Assembly: GCA_963702005.1 (NCBI GenBank) | Contig: OY969696.1 | Span: 320,001 to 384,000, forward strand | DNA from: Candidatus Aminicenantes bacterium | GTDB lineage: Bacteria; Acidobacteriota; Aminicenantia; Aminicenantales; JAFGBC01 | DNA length: 64,000 bases | Reading direction: 5' to 3' | In this document: positions 9,192-18,944 of the stretch, piece after piece | Position numbering within the stretch: the stretch's first letter is position 1 | How the letters are laid out: every line of letters starts with the position of its first letter | Position numbers and translations under genes: made by a program | The notes under the pieces: generated by a model | Database searches by the model: none | What the model was told of the DNA's origin: nothing | The model's input: only the letters and a program-made list of their open reading frames with translations

Positions 9192-9778
9192 GCTGTCTGA
9201 GCCTCGACCGGCTCTACCGCTACCTGGACCGGGACCTGAAACCGGAGGAAGCGGCCGAGGTCGAGGTCCATCTGGCCGCCTGCCCTCGCTGTCGGGAGAA
9301 AACCGAGCTCCGCCGGGCGTTGTCTCAAGCCGCCTGCGGCTTTACGGATCTCGAGCTTCCGGCCGACTTCGCGGAGACCGTCATGGCGAGGATCATCCGT
9401 GCCGAAGCTCCCCATAAAAGCTGGCTGGCCATTCTGGGGATCGGACTCGGGACGTTGGGCATCGCCTTGGGAACGCTGATCCTGGCCAGCGGCCAGTCGG
9501 CCGCCGGCCTTCTCCTCAAGTTCGGACGGACCTCCCTTGATTCCCTGCAAACGGTGTTCGTCCTCCTCGTCAAATTCCTCAAGCTGATACTGCTGGCCGG
9601 TAAGATTCTCCCCGACCTGGCCGGGACAGGCCTGCGGGGCCTATCCCGAATCTCGGCCTCATTCCCGGTCGGGATTCTGGCCCTGTCGGCCGTCGTCGCT
9701 CTCATCCTCGTCTCGACCTGCCTCCTCGGTTTCCGGCGGAGATTCGTCGTTCAAGACGATATCGGAGAAGACCTATGA
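9188..9778 (+). CDS. Zinc-binding (zf-HC2) transmembrane anti-sigma factor
   Basis: C..YLD.DL, HLAACPRC (HxxxCxxC), then TM helices; ATGA overlap with the sigma gene. Confidence 0.88.
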   Translation: MSCLSLDRLYRYLDRDLKPEEAAEVEVHLAACPRCREKTELRRALSQAACGFTDLELPADFAETVMARIIRAEAPHKSWLAILGIGLGTLGIALGTLILASGQSAAGLLLKFGRTSLDSLQTVFVLLVKFLKLILLAGKILPDLAGTGLRGLSRISASFPVGILALSAVVALILVSTCLLGFRRRFVVQDDIGEDL

Positions 9779-10707
9779 AACAGAGATCCATCCTGGTAAT
9801 CGCCCTCTTGGCGACCGTCCTGGCCGCTACGCTCCCCTTGGCCGCCTATCAAAGCATGACCTTGAAGAAGAATCTCCGGGTCGAAGCCGGCGAGACCCAG
9901 GAGAACGTCATGACCCTCGGCGGTCACATCGTCGTCGAGGGAACGGTTAAGTCCAGCGTCGTCGCCATCGGCGGCACGATCGAGATCGGCGGCGAGGTCG
10001 GTGAGGCCGTCGTCGGGATCGGATCCGCCATCACCCTCAAATCGACCGCCGTTATCAAGGGCGACGTCATTTCGATCGGGGGGAAGCTCGTCAAAGACGC
10101 CGGCTGCGTCGTCGAGGGCGACACGGTTGATTTCGACTTCGGGGAGATAGGAGCCCATTTCTTCAAGGGGGGCTTCGCCAAAGGATTCCTGTCCGTCTCT
10201 CTGATCCCCCTCCTGCTCATCCTCAAGCTCATCGGCATTTTCGTCTGGTTCCTGCTGGCCTTTTTCGTGGCCGCCCTGTTCCCGCGCCAAATCGCCTACG
10301 CCACCCACGAGGTCCGTACCCATTTCTGGCCCGTCTTCTGGACCGGACTGCTGGCCATCATCATCTTCACGGCCCTGTTTCTGCTGGCCGCCCTCCTCTG
10401 CCTGGTCCTTATCGGAATCCCGATTATCTTCGCCCTATTCCTGGCCGGCATCATCATCAAGGTCTTCGGCCGCGTCGTCATGTTCTTCCTCATCGGCGAG
10501 AGCCTGCTCCGTTCGCTGGGCTCGCGGAAGCCTTCAACCCTGGGCGCGGTGACGATCGGCCTGTTCGCGGTCAGCTTGGCCGGCTTTATTCCCGTCCTCG
10601 GCTTCTTGTTCACCTTCGTCCTGAATATCGTCGGCTGGGGCGCCGCCCTCCGGACGAAGTTCGGGACGATGGAAAACTGGTTCCATCATAAAAATCACAA
10701 GAAATAG
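9775..10707 (+). CDS. Bactofilin-like beta-repeat membrane protein
   Basis: Signal peptide, repeated V.G.V...GG.I units, then 4-5 TM helices; coupled to the anti-sigma gene. Confidence 0.7.
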   Translation: MKQRSILVIALLATVLAATLPLAAYQSMTLKKNLRVEAGETQENVMTLGGHIVVEGTVKSSVVAIGGTIEIGGEVGEAVVGIGSAITLKSTAVIKGDVISIGGKLVKDAGCVVEGDTVDFDFGEIGAHFFKGGFAKGFLSVSLIPLLLILKLIGIFVWFLLAFFVAALFPRQIAYATHEVRTHFWPVFWTGLLAIIIFTALFLLAALLCLVLIGIPIIFALFLAGIIIKVFGRVVMFFLIGESLLRSLGSRKPSTLGAVTIGLFAVSLAGFIPVLGFLFTFVLNIVGWGAALRTKFGTMENWFHHKNHKK

Positions 10708-10769
10708 ACTTCAACCCCTTCAGCAAATTCGGCTTGGGAAGGCGGGGGGAGTGAGAATCCGCCGGCGGA

Positions 10770-11327
10770 TCAGCGGCCTAAAATTTCTTTTTCCTTGGCG
10801 GCCGCCATCTCTTCGATCTTTTTAGTCGCGTCGTCGATCGTTTCCTGGATCTTGTCGAAACCGTGGAATTTATCGTCCTCGGTGATGGCCTTGTCCTTCT
10901 CGAGCTTCTCGACGGCTTCGCGGCTCTCACGCCGGAAAAGGCGGAGGGCCATCTTCTCTTCTTCGAGCATTTTGCGGATGACCTTGGCGATCTCCTGCCG
11001 CCGCTCCTGGTCGAGAGGCGGGATGGGGACTTTGAGAACTTTACCGTCGTTGATCGGGTTCAGCCCCAGGTCCGCGCCCCGGATGGCCTTGTCGATGACC
11101 TCGAGCAGCGAGGGATCCCAGGGCTGGACCGTGATCAAGGTCGGGTCGGGGATGCCCAGGGTCGCGACTTGATTAACGGGCGTCGGCGTCCCGTAGTAGT
11201 CGACCATGATGTCCTCGAAAATGCTGAGGTTGGCCCGACCCGTCCTGAGCTTGCTCAGCTCCTTGCGGAAATGCTCCAAAGAGATCTTGACCCTCTTTTC
11301 GACGTCCTTGACAACCTCTTTGACCAT
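10770..11327 (-). CDS. frr: Ribosome recycling factor
   Basis: LRTGRAN, VDYYGTPTP.NQVA, LGLNP.NDG, IPPL..ERR. Confidence 0.97.
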   Translation of the reverse strand: MVKEVVKDVEKRVKISLEHFRKELSKLRTGRANLSIFEDIMVDYYGTPTPVNQVATLGIPDPTLITVQPWDPSLLEVIDKAIRGADLGLNPINDGKVLKVPIPPLDQERRQEIAKVIRKMLEEEKMALRLFRRESREAVEKLEKDKAITEDDKFHGFDKIQETIDDATKKIEEMAAAKEKEILGR

Positions 11328-11339
11328 GCGTCGTCCCCC

Positions 11340-12059
11340 TCAATAAACCCGGGTCCCGATGGCCCGGCCCAGGGCCGCTTTCCGGAGATTCCCCGGGACC
11401 TGGATGTTGAAGACGAGGATGGGAATCCCGTTGTCTTTGCAGAGCGAGATGGCCGTCGAGTCCATGACCTTGAGGTCCTTGTTGATGACGTCCAGGTAGC
11501 GAATCGTCCGGAATCGGCGGGCCGTCTTGTCGAGTTTGGGATCGGCCGTGTAGACGCCGTCGACTTGGGTCGCCTTGAAGATGATCTCGGCCTTGATCTC
11601 GAGGGCGCGGAGCGCGGCGGCCGTGTCGGTCGTGAAATAGGGGCTCCCAATCCCGGCCGAGAAGATGACGATCCGCCCCTTCTCGAGATGCCGGATCACC
11701 CGGCGCCTAATGAACGGCTCGGCCAGGGAGCGGATCTCGATGGCGGAGATATGGCGGGTGATGACGTCTTCCCTCTCAAGGGCGTCCTGGAGGGCGATCC
11801 CGTTCATGACGGTCGCCAAAAGCCCTATCTGGTCGGCCGACGACCTCTCCATGCCCGCCCCCGTCCCGCGGATGCCCCGGAAGATGTTGCCGCCCCCGAT
11901 CATGATCGCGATTTGGACGCCCAGGGCATGGACGTCTTTGATCTCCCGGGCGATCTCCCGGGCCCGCTCGAAATCGAGGCCATAGGGCTTCGTTCCCAGC
12001 AGGGATTCGCCCGACAGCTTCAGGAGGATTCGATCGTAGGCCGGTTTGGGGCGCGTCAT
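11340..12059 (-). CDS. pyrH: UMP kinase
   Basis: RILLKLSGE, GGGNIFRG, PYFTTDTAAALRA, DGVYTADP, LKVMDSTA. Confidence 0.97.
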   Translation of the reverse strand: MTRPKPAYDRILLKLSGESLLGTKPYGLDFERAREIAREIKDVHALGVQIAIMIGGGNIFRGIRGTGAGMERSSADQIGLLATVMNGIALQDALEREDVITRHISAIEIRSLAEPFIRRRVIRHLEKGRIVIFSAGIGSPYFTTDTAAALRALEIKAEIIFKATQVDGVYTADPKLDKTARRFRTIRYLDVINKDLKVMDSTAISLCKDNGIPILVFNIQVPGNLRKAALGRAIGTRVY

Positions 12060-12065
12060 GGCCGG

Positions 12066-12662
12066 TCAGGCTTTGCCGATCTCGAACCGGGCGAAGCGGC
12101 GGACGCGGATATTCTCCCCCAGCTTGGCGATGGCCGAGGCGATGAGCTGCTTGACCTTGATCTTGTCGTCGCGGATGTAGGCCTGTTCGAGGAGGCAGAC
12201 CTCCTCGTAGAACTTGGAGAGCTTCCCCTGGACGATTTTTTCCATGATCTCGGGCGGCTTTTTAGTGTCCTTGAGCTGTTCCCGGATGATCTCCTTTTCC
12301 TGCTCGAGGACCTCTGCCGGGACGTCTTCCGGCGCGATGTACTTGGGGCTGGCCGCCGCGATGTGCATGGCGATGTTCTTGACGAGGTCCTTGAAATCAT
12401 CGTTGAGGGCGACGAAGTCGGACTCGCAGTTGATCTCGACCAGAACCCCGATTTTGGCGTTCATGTGGATGTAGGAGCCGACCAGTCCTTCCGAGGCCTC
12501 GCGGCTCATCTTGTCCTTGGCCCGGGCGTAGCCCTTTTTACGGAGGATTTCGATGGCCTTCTCGACGTCCCCCCCGCATTCCTGGAGGGCTTCCTTGCAT
12601 TCCATCATGCCGATGCCCGTCCGTTGACGGAGCTCTTTGACGAGGTCCGCATTTATCTCCAT
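12066..12662 (-). CDS. tsf: Elongation factor Ts (short form)
   Basis: VKELRQRTG.GMMECK.AL, EINCESDFVA, LGENI.VRRFARFE; 198 aa. Confidence 0.97.
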   Translation of the reverse strand: MEINADLVKELRQRTGIGMMECKEALQECGGDVEKAIEILRKKGYARAKDKMSREASEGLVGSYIHMNAKIGVLVEINCESDFVALNDDFKDLVKNIAMHIAAASPKYIAPEDVPAEVLEQEKEIIREQLKDTKKPPEIMEKIVQGKLSKFYEEVCLLEQAYIRDDKIKVKQLIASAIAKLGENIRVRRFARFEIGKA

Positions 12663-12687
12663 GGCTGGCTCCTTCCTGTGTTCGCGG

Positions 12688-13467
12688 TCAGACTTTCTCG
12701 CTGGAGGCCGTGCCTTCCGGCTCTCCCTCCTGGCCGGCCTCCGCGGGGGCGGCCGACTCGGGTGCGTGAAGCTCCTTCTCGATCCTGTTCTTCTTGCCCT
12801 CGACGATGGCCTCGGCGACCTTGGACGTGAAGAGCTCGATGGCCCGGACGGCGTCGTCGTTACCCGGAATGGGATAGTCGAGGTTTTCCGGGTCCCCGTT
12901 CGTGTCGACGACGGCCACGATCGGGATCCCTAACTTCTGGGCCTCGGCGATGGCGATCTCCTCCTTGGAGGAGTCGATCACGAACAGCGCCCCGGGCCGC
13001 TCGGTCAGGTTCTTGATCCCGCCCAGGTTCTTGGAGAGCTTCCGGTGGAGCTTCTCATGCCGCGACCGCTCCTTCTTGGACAGAAGCTCCCAACGGCCGT
13101 CTTCCTTCATTTCGTCGAGCTCGACCAGCCGCTCGACGCTCGAGCGGACGACCGTGAAATTGGTCAGAAGGCCGCCCAGCCAGCGCTGGTTGACATAGCA
13201 GGATTCCGAGCGCAGGGCCAGCTCGCGGACGATGTCCTGGGCCTGCTTCTTGGTGCCGACGAACAGGATCGGCTTGCCGCTCTCGGCCATGGACCGGATG
13301 AATTGGAGGGCTTCCTTGAAGATCTTGATCGTCTTCTGGAGGTCGATGATGTAGATCCCGTTCCTCTGCCCGAAGATATAGTCTTTCATCTTGGGGTTCC
13401 AGCGCTTCGTCTGATGGCCGAAGTGGACCCCCGCTTCCAACAGCTCTTTCATCGTAACGGACACCAC
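12688..13467 (-). CDS. rpsB: 30S ribosomal protein S2
   Basis: [36 protein letters not shown]. Confidence 0.98.
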   Translation of the reverse strand: MVSVTMKELLEAGVHFGHQTKRWNPKMKDYIFGQRNGIYIIDLQKTIKIFKEALQFIRSMAESGKPILFVGTKKQAQDIVRELALRSESCYVNQRWLGGLLTNFTVVRSSVERLVELDEMKEDGRWELLSKKERSRHEKLHRKLSKNLGGIKNLTERPGALFVIDSSKEEIAIAEAQKLGIPIVAVVDTNGDPENLDYPIPGNDDAVRAIELFTSKVAEAIVEGKKNRIEKELHAPESAAPAEAGQEGEPEGTASSEKV

Positions 13468-13480
13468 GGACGTGCCTCCC

Positions 13481-13885
13481 TTATCTCTTGTGGTACTGGG
13501 GCGACTTGCGAGCGCCCAGCAACCCGTACTTCTTCCGCTCTTTGATCCGGGCGTCCCGGGTCAGCAGGCCGGCCGCCTTGAGGGTCGGCCGCAGCTCTTT
13601 GTTGAACTCAAGGAGGGCCCGGGCGATGCCGAGCCGGATGGCCTCGGCCTGCCCCCGGGCGCCCCCGCCGTCCACCCGCAGAAAGATGTCGAACTTGCTC
13701 TCCGTCTCGGTCAGCAGGAGAGGCTGGCGGATGATGTGCTTCTGGCTGTCGAGGCTGAAGTAATCGTTGAAGGGACGGGGCCTCTTGTTGACGACGAGAC
13801 TGTAGTCGCCCTTGCCCGATCGGAGATAGACCCGGGCGATCGATGTTTTCCGTTTGCCGGTTCCGTAATATTGAATGAGACTCAA
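13481..13885 (-). CDS. rpsI: 30S ribosomal protein S9
   Basis: [43 protein letters not shown]. Confidence 0.98.
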   Translation of the reverse strand: MSLIQYYGTGKRKTSIARVYLRSGKGDYSLVVNKRPRPFNDYFSLDSQKHIIRQPLLLTETESKFDIFLRVDGGGARGQAEAIRLGIARALLEFNKELRPTLKAAGLLTRDARIKERKKYGLLGARKSPQYHKR

Positions 13886-13893
13886 GGGACCTC

Positions 13894-14322
13894 CTAAAAC
13901 TCGTGGGCCTTGGGATTCTGGGCCTCATGGGGATGCCGGGAACCCCGGTAGACCTTCAGCTTTTTGAAGACGGCCCGGCCCAGCTTCGTTTTGGGGATCA
14001 TCCCCCAGACGGCCCGCCGGATGACCTCTTCGGGCTTCCTGTCCAGGAGCTGCTGAAGGGACTCTTCCTTGATCCCGCCCGGATAGAGGGAGTGGGTGTA
14101 GTACTTCTTCTGGCCCAGCTTCTGGCCGGTCACGGCGATCTTTTCGGCGTTGATGACGACCACGAAATCGCCCGTGTCGACATGGGGCGCGAACCGGGCC
14201 TTGCCCTTACCCCTGAGGAGGGTCGCCACCTCCGTCGCCAATCGTCCCAGGATTTTCCCCTGGGCGTTGACGAGCCACCAGGCTTTCTCGACGTCGTCCT
14301 TCTTGGGAGCATACGTTCTCAT
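13894..14322 (-). CDS. rplM: 50S ribosomal protein L13
   Basis: [35 protein letters not shown]. Confidence 0.98.
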   Translation of the reverse strand: MRTYAPKKDDVEKAWWLVNAQGKILGRLATEVATLLRGKGKARFAPHVDTGDFVVVINAEKIAVTGQKLGQKKYYTHSLYPGGIKEESLQQLLDRKPEEVIRRAVWGMIPKTKLGRAVFKKLKVYRGSRHPHEAQNPKAHEF

Positions 14323-14399
14323 CGATCCTTACCTTAATAAAAAATAGGAAAAGCGGTTCAAAAGAACGGTTTCATACAATACTCAATTCGATGACAAAA

Positions 14400-14512
14400 G
14401 TCAAACCCTCATCTCCCCGGCATGAAAGCCGGGGCTTGATCAGGTTTAACCCTGAGCCGCACTTCTTGTCCCCGCCCTGAAGGACGGGGCTAAGCGTCGG
14501 CGAACGGGTCAA
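14400..14512 (-). mobile_element. 113-bp palindromic element, copy 3 (same termini, IS200/IS605-type hairpins inside)
   Basis: Shares GTCAAACCCTC and GCGTCGGCGAACGGGTCAA ends with copies 1 and 2; internal CCCCGGCATGAAAGCCGGGG and CCCCGCCCTGAAGGACGGGG hairpins. Confidence 0.72.
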
Positions 14513-14652
14513 TCCGCTGGGCCGTTCCGCCCCTGAAGAGCCTGGGGCTCACCCTAAGTCCCCACCTTTCAGGGGGGCTTAGGACACGGCCCTTATAGTT
14601 CAAGAGAATCCCCACTGGGGATTCCCTTGGCGTCGCTGCTGCGCGCCCGAGA

Positions 14653-15648
14653 TCAGGACGTGCTCTTCTTGAGCTCCTTCTCGAGGCGCTTCCGGTCAAG
14701 CTCCCTTTTCTGGATATCCTGGAATTTCTCGGCCCAGCGATCGGCCTCGGCGTAATAACGGTCATGCTTGTCGGGATAGAGCGCGGCGAAAATGTTCCTA
14801 TAAAGCATGTTCATGAAGGCATAGGACCAGGGGTAGGAGGGGTCGATCTCAATCGTCTTCTGGAGGTACTTCTCGGCTTCCCGGCCCAGGGCGTCGCGCT
14901 CCTGGGGAGACAGCTGGTTCTGAAGACGGAAAGCCTTGAAGAACCGGTTGACGCCGATCGCGTAGTAGTTTTCCGCATTCTTGGGTTCGAGTTGGATGCG
15001 GCAGAGATGGAAAGCGACGGCCTTATCGAAGTCCGGGATCGGCGTCAAATTATCATAGTAGTTTGTGATATAGGCATAGCCCTGGGGATTATCGGGATCC
15101 GCCTCGATCCGGCGCAGGTACATGGATTCGGCCTTTTTGGCGACGGCATCGTTCTCGCCGGCATAACGCTTATAGAACTCGGCCACGACGTAGTAGTTGT
15201 TCATGTTCTGGGGCTCGAGCTCGAGGATGCGGAGGTACATCTTCTCGGAGTTCTTGAAATCCCTCATCTTGTCGTACATGTCGCCGATCGAATAGATGAC
15301 GTTTTTGTCCTTGGGATCGATCTGGAGGGCCTTATTGAGGGCGTCCAGGGCCCGCGCGGCTTTGTCCTGGTTGTCGCGGCTGTCGACGCCGGGCTTGTAG
15401 AGCTGTTTATAGCTCTCCCCCAGGTAACGGAAGGCTTCGATCCGCTTGGGATTAAATTTAAGGGCCTCTTCGTATTCGGTGATGGCTTTGCGGTATAAGT
15501 TCTCGGTGAAGTATTTATTGGCCTTGCCGAAATGATAATTGGACCTCAGGTTGGTAAAGGACAGCTTCTGGCAGGCGGACAATGAGACGAGGAGCGCCGC
15601 GCCCAGAATCAGAACCAGCCAGGTCTGGGTTCTCTTATCAAACATCAT
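14653..15648 (-). CDS. TPR-repeat lipoprotein
   Basis: AAGGAGG RBS, lipobox LSAC, multiple TPR motifs (AITEYEEALKFNP, ALQIDP, ILELEP). Confidence 0.85.
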   Translation of the reverse strand: MMFDKRTQTWLVLILGAALLVSLSACQKLSFTNLRSNYHFGKANKYFTENLYRKAITEYEEALKFNPKRIEAFRYLGESYKQLYKPGVDSRDNQDKAARALDALNKALQIDPKDKNVIYSIGDMYDKMRDFKNSEKMYLRILELEPQNMNNYYVVAEFYKRYAGENDAVAKKAESMYLRRIEADPDNPQGYAYITNYYDNLTPIPDFDKAVAFHLCRIQLEPKNAENYYAIGVNRFFKAFRLQNQLSPQERDALGREAEKYLQKTIEIDPSYPWSYAFMNMLYRNIFAALYPDKHDRYYAEADRWAEKFQDIQKRELDRKRLEKELKKSTS

Positions 15649-15747
15649 GGCCTCCTTAGATACTAATGCCAAGAGACACCGGGAACACATTTTATAATAG
15701 ATTGCGCGCCCAAAGTCAAGAAAAACAAGTCCGGACGGGCCTCCCCG

Positions 15748-17061
15748 TCAGCTTTCGCGGATGAAGACCCGGATCGGCGTCCCGCGAAGGTCGAATGTGT
15801 CCCGAAGGGCCTGGACAAACCATTTTTCATAGGCCGGAAGGAGCCGCGCCCGGCTGTGGCCGAACAGGACGAAGGTCGGCGGCAGAATCCCCTGTTGGGT
15901 CATGTACTTGATCTTGGGCCTGGTCTTGTCCCGGGCCAGCGGCGGCCGCGTCCTCAGGATCCTCTCCAGGAACTCGTTGAGCTTGGCCGTCCCGATTCTT
16001 TTCGTCCCGCTCATGTAAACTTTTTCGGCCTCGTCCAGAATTTTGACAACGCCCTTGCCGGACAGGGCGGATACGAACAGGAGCGGGGCGTAGCTCACGA
16101 ACTCCAGCCGCCGGAACAGCTGATCCCTGAGGAAGGCGGACGGGTCCTCCTCGGACCGGATGAGGTCCCACTTATTCAGGGCCAGGACCAAGGGCTTTCC
16201 GGATTCGGCGGCGATGTGAGCGATCGTGGCGTCCTGGCGGGTGGGGAACTCGAGCGCTTCGAACACCTGGCAGAGGACGTCGGCGGCGGGGATATTTTTC
16301 CGGGCGTTGATGATCCCGGCTTCCTCCCTCTTGTCGCGGGCGTGGCTCAGCTTTCGGATCCCGGCCGTGTCGACGAGGCTGAAGGCCTTCCCGTTGCGGA
16401 GGATGAGCGTATCCGTGCTGTCCCTGGTGGTGCCCGGCATGTCGCTGACGATCAAGCGCTCCTCGCCGCAGAGCCGGTTGATCAGGGAGGACTTCCCGAC
16501 GTTGATCCGGCCGATGATGGCGATCTTGAGCGGACGCTGCTCGCCCGTCGCCAGGGGAGAAGCGGGCACGGCCTCCAAGATCGCGTCGACGAGTTCATCC
16601 AGATTGCGCTTATGCTCCGCGGAGATGAGCAGGAGCTTCCGCGCCCCCAGCCGGTAAAAATCTCCGGCGGCCGCTTCCTGGGACTCCGTGTCGATCTTAT
16701 TGATGACGGCCAAGAGCGGCTTGCCGAGCTTCTGGAGCGACCCGAAGACCTCCTCCTCGGCCGGGGCGAGGTCCCGGCGGCCGTCGGCCATGAACAGGAT
16801 AAGGTCCGCGCCCCGGACGGCCTCCCAAGCCTTCGCGCGGACGGCCGCGGACAGTGGTTCCTCCTCGGCGCCGAAAAGGCCGCCAGTGTCGACGAGGAGA
16901 AACGGCTTTTCATACCGGGAGCAAAGGCTGGTCAGGGCGTCGCGCGTCATGCCCGGCAGGGAGTGGACCAGGGCCTTTTTTTCGCCCAGCAGGCGATTGA
17001 ACAGGGTCGATTTGCCGACGTTGGGGAATCCGACGATGACGACCTTGGGCAGTTTTTTCAT
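15748..17061 (-). CDS. der: Ribosome biogenesis GTPase Der (EngA)
   Basis: Two G domains (GFPNVGKSTLFN/DTGG/NKID and GRINVGKSSL/DTAG/NKWD) plus C-terminal KH-like domain. Confidence 0.96.
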   Translation of the reverse strand: MKKLPKVVIVGFPNVGKSTLFNRLLGEKKALVHSLPGMTRDALTSLCSRYEKPFLLVDTGGLFGAEEEPLSAAVRAKAWEAVRGADLILFMADGRRDLAPAEEEVFGSLQKLGKPLLAVINKIDTESQEAAAGDFYRLGARKLLLISAEHKRNLDELVDAILEAVPASPLATGEQRPLKIAIIGRINVGKSSLINRLCGEERLIVSDMPGTTRDSTDTLILRNGKAFSLVDTAGIRKLSHARDKREEAGIINARKNIPAADVLCQVFEALEFPTRQDATIAHIAAESGKPLVLALNKWDLIRSEEDPSAFLRDQLFRRLEFVSYAPLLFVSALSGKGVVKILDEAEKVYMSGTKRIGTAKLNEFLERILRTRPPLARDKTRPKIKYMTQQGILPPTFVLFGHSRARLLPAYEKWFVQALRDTFDLRGTPIRVFIRES

Positions 17062-17083
17062 GAGAACTCGGGGCCCCGGCCTT

Positions 17084-17680
17084 TCAGCGCGCGATCAAGG
17101 ACGTATCCGGCGAGAGGGCCAGTTCCAAGTTGACGTGGCCGGCCAGGGTATCCCGCTCCTGGCCGTCGATCAGGATGAACACCTTCCGGATGGTCTTGAT
17201 GTTCTGGACCAGGGTGTCGACGATGGAATAGACGGCGCAGATCTCGGAGGACGAGCCGGGCAAGATCCGCTCCTGAATGTCCTTGGAGAGGTCGACGTAG
17301 GCCGTTCCCTCCTTGGTGATGAACAGCTGGATGAGATTGGTCTCGGGCGGGAGGGCGGCGACCAGCCCCGCGCGCGGGCCTGCGATAAGCTCCGTGACGA
17401 TGGCTTTGGCCTCCTCAAGGGGCGAGCCGGCCGGGATCTCCCGTTCCTCGGCATGGAGGAGGTCGTCGTTGTCGGCTAGGAAATAGAGGGCGACCACCCT
17501 CGTGGCGGGCGTCGCGGACGGCGCGGTCTTAGCCGTGGCCGCCGGAAGGTCGATCGACCGCTTGATCCTCTCCCGGCCGCCCCCCGTAAAGAAAGCCAGG
17601 ACGAGGACGATCAGAGCGATCAGGAGGAGACCCGCCAGGATGATTTTGATTCGTTCTCCATCCCGTGCGCGTGTCGCCAT
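17084..17680 (-). CDS. GerMN domain membrane protein
   Basis: TM anchor; LYF, ELIAGP, GTAYVDLS, E..AVYSIV.TL, V.ILIDG...TLAGH. Confidence 0.88.
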   Translation of the reverse strand: MATRARDGERIKIILAGLLLIALIVLVLAFFTGGGRERIKRSIDLPAATAKTAPSATPATRVVALYFLADNDDLLHAEEREIPAGSPLEEAKAIVTELIAGPRAGLVAALPPETNLIQLFITKEGTAYVDLSKDIQERILPGSSSEICAVYSIVDTLVQNIKTIRKVFILIDGQERDTLAGHVNLELALSPDTSLIAR

Positions 17681-17689
17681 AGGTCATCC

Positions 17690-18919
17690 TCAGGAATAAA
17701 TTTTAAAGAAGCCGAGAAGCCCGCGGTAGAGGGCTTGGACCACCTGATCCTGAAAAGCCTCGTTGCCGAGCTTCCGCTCCTCATCCGGGTTCGAGATGAA
17801 AGCGACCTCGACCAGGACTGCCGGGCAGGCGACTCCGGTCAGGACCTTGAACGGCGCCTGCTTAATGCCCCGGTTGGCGGTGCCCAGCAGGCCGTTGAGT
17901 TCGCCCTGGATGATCTCGGCCAGCTGACTGCTTTGACGGATGAACCCGGATTGGGCCATATCCCACAGGATCATTTTGATTTCGTCCTGATTGTCGCCGG
18001 CGATTGTTTTCTCGTATTCCTGGGAAATGTTCTCGAGCTCGGCCAGCTTGCGGGACTCCTCGTCCGAGGCGTTCAAGGACAGGAAGAAAGTCTCGGACCC
18101 TTGGGCGTTTCTCCGGTAGGAGCCGTTGGCGTGGATGGAGATGAACAGGTTCGCGCCGTTATTGTTGGCCAGGGCCGCCCGGTTGGGCAGAGAGACATCC
18201 GTGTCGCGGTCCCTGGTCAGGATGACCCGGACGGCCAGGTGCCGCTCGATGACGGCCTTAAGCTTGAGGGCCAGAGCCAGCGTTACGTCCTTCTCAAGAG
18301 CGCCGAACTTGCCGCGGGCGCCCGTCTCCATCCCGCCGTGGCCGGGATCGATGACGATGGTCTTGACCTTTCGGCCGCTTTGTTCCGCGGCGGTCTTGGC
18401 AAGGGCGGGGGCGGTTTCGGGCGGCGACTCCCGGTCCTCTCCGGCCTTTTCGGAGACGTCATTTTCGGCGGAGGGGGCCGCCGCGTTGGCCGGGGGACGG
18501 ATATCGACGAGAAGCTGGAAGGGATTGGACAGGGTGAAATAGCTGAACTCGAAATCGCTCCGGACCGTTTCGACCGTGACCGTGTAACCGCCCACCCCCT
18601 TCGACCAGCCCAGCGTCCTGACCCAACGGCTCTTGAAGGGCTCGCGCTGGACGCGGAAATTCTGGGGGGAATCGACTCGGACGATCAGAAACGCACCGTT
18701 CTTTTCGACCCTGTGGGGGAAGGCGCCGGCCGAAGCGAAAGTGATACGGCAGTAGTCGGCATAGTCCTTGACCGTGATGTTGAGGGCGATCTGGGGCTGG
18801 GGCGGCTGGGATTGAGGCTGGGCCTGGGATTGAGCTCGGGCGGCGGCCCCGGCCGGGAAGAGGGCGGCGAGGACAAGAGAACCGGCGGCAAGTCGGATCC
18901 TGCGCTCGGTGCCCGTCAC
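17690..18919 (-). CDS. N-acetylmuramoyl-L-alanine amidase (Amidase_3, AmiA/C-like)
   Basis: IVIDPGHGG.E.GA, EKDVTL, R..LANN..ANLFISIHAN, PAVLVEVAFISN..EE; signal peptide. Confidence 0.93.
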   Translation of the reverse strand: MTGTERRIRLAAGSLVLAALFPAGAAARAQSQAQPQSQPPQPQIALNITVKDYADYCRITFASAGAFPHRVEKNGAFLIVRVDSPQNFRVQREPFKSRWVRTLGWSKGVGGYTVTVETVRSDFEFSYFTLSNPFQLLVDIRPPANAAAPSAENDVSEKAGEDRESPPETAPALAKTAAEQSGRKVKTIVIDPGHGGMETGARGKFGALEKDVTLALALKLKAVIERHLAVRVILTRDRDTDVSLPNRAALANNNGANLFISIHANGSYRRNAQGSETFFLSLNASDEESRKLAELENISQEYEKTIAGDNQDEIKMILWDMAQSGFIRQSSQLAEIIQGELNGLLGTANRGIKQAPFKVLTGVACPAVLVEVAFISNPDEERKLGNEAFQDQVVQALYRGLLGFFKIYS

Positions 18920-18944
18920 ATCGGCCTTCGTTTCATGGAATCGG

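Noticed and set aside
10711-10765. TCAACCCCTTC resembling the element terminus, between convergent genes
   Set aside because: No second terminus or conserved hairpin; too short to call
10863-12830. 655-aa plus-strand ORF, and similar long antisense ORFs (15856-17133, 17735-19042, 21614-22996, 35306-36838, 41083-42708, 56355-57758)
   Set aside because: Antisense shadows of well-conserved genes, expected from GC-rich codon bias; no recognisable motifs
14513-14632. 6S RNA candidate
   Set aside because: No long closing stem with central bubble and no own promoter recognised; kept only as a generic structured block
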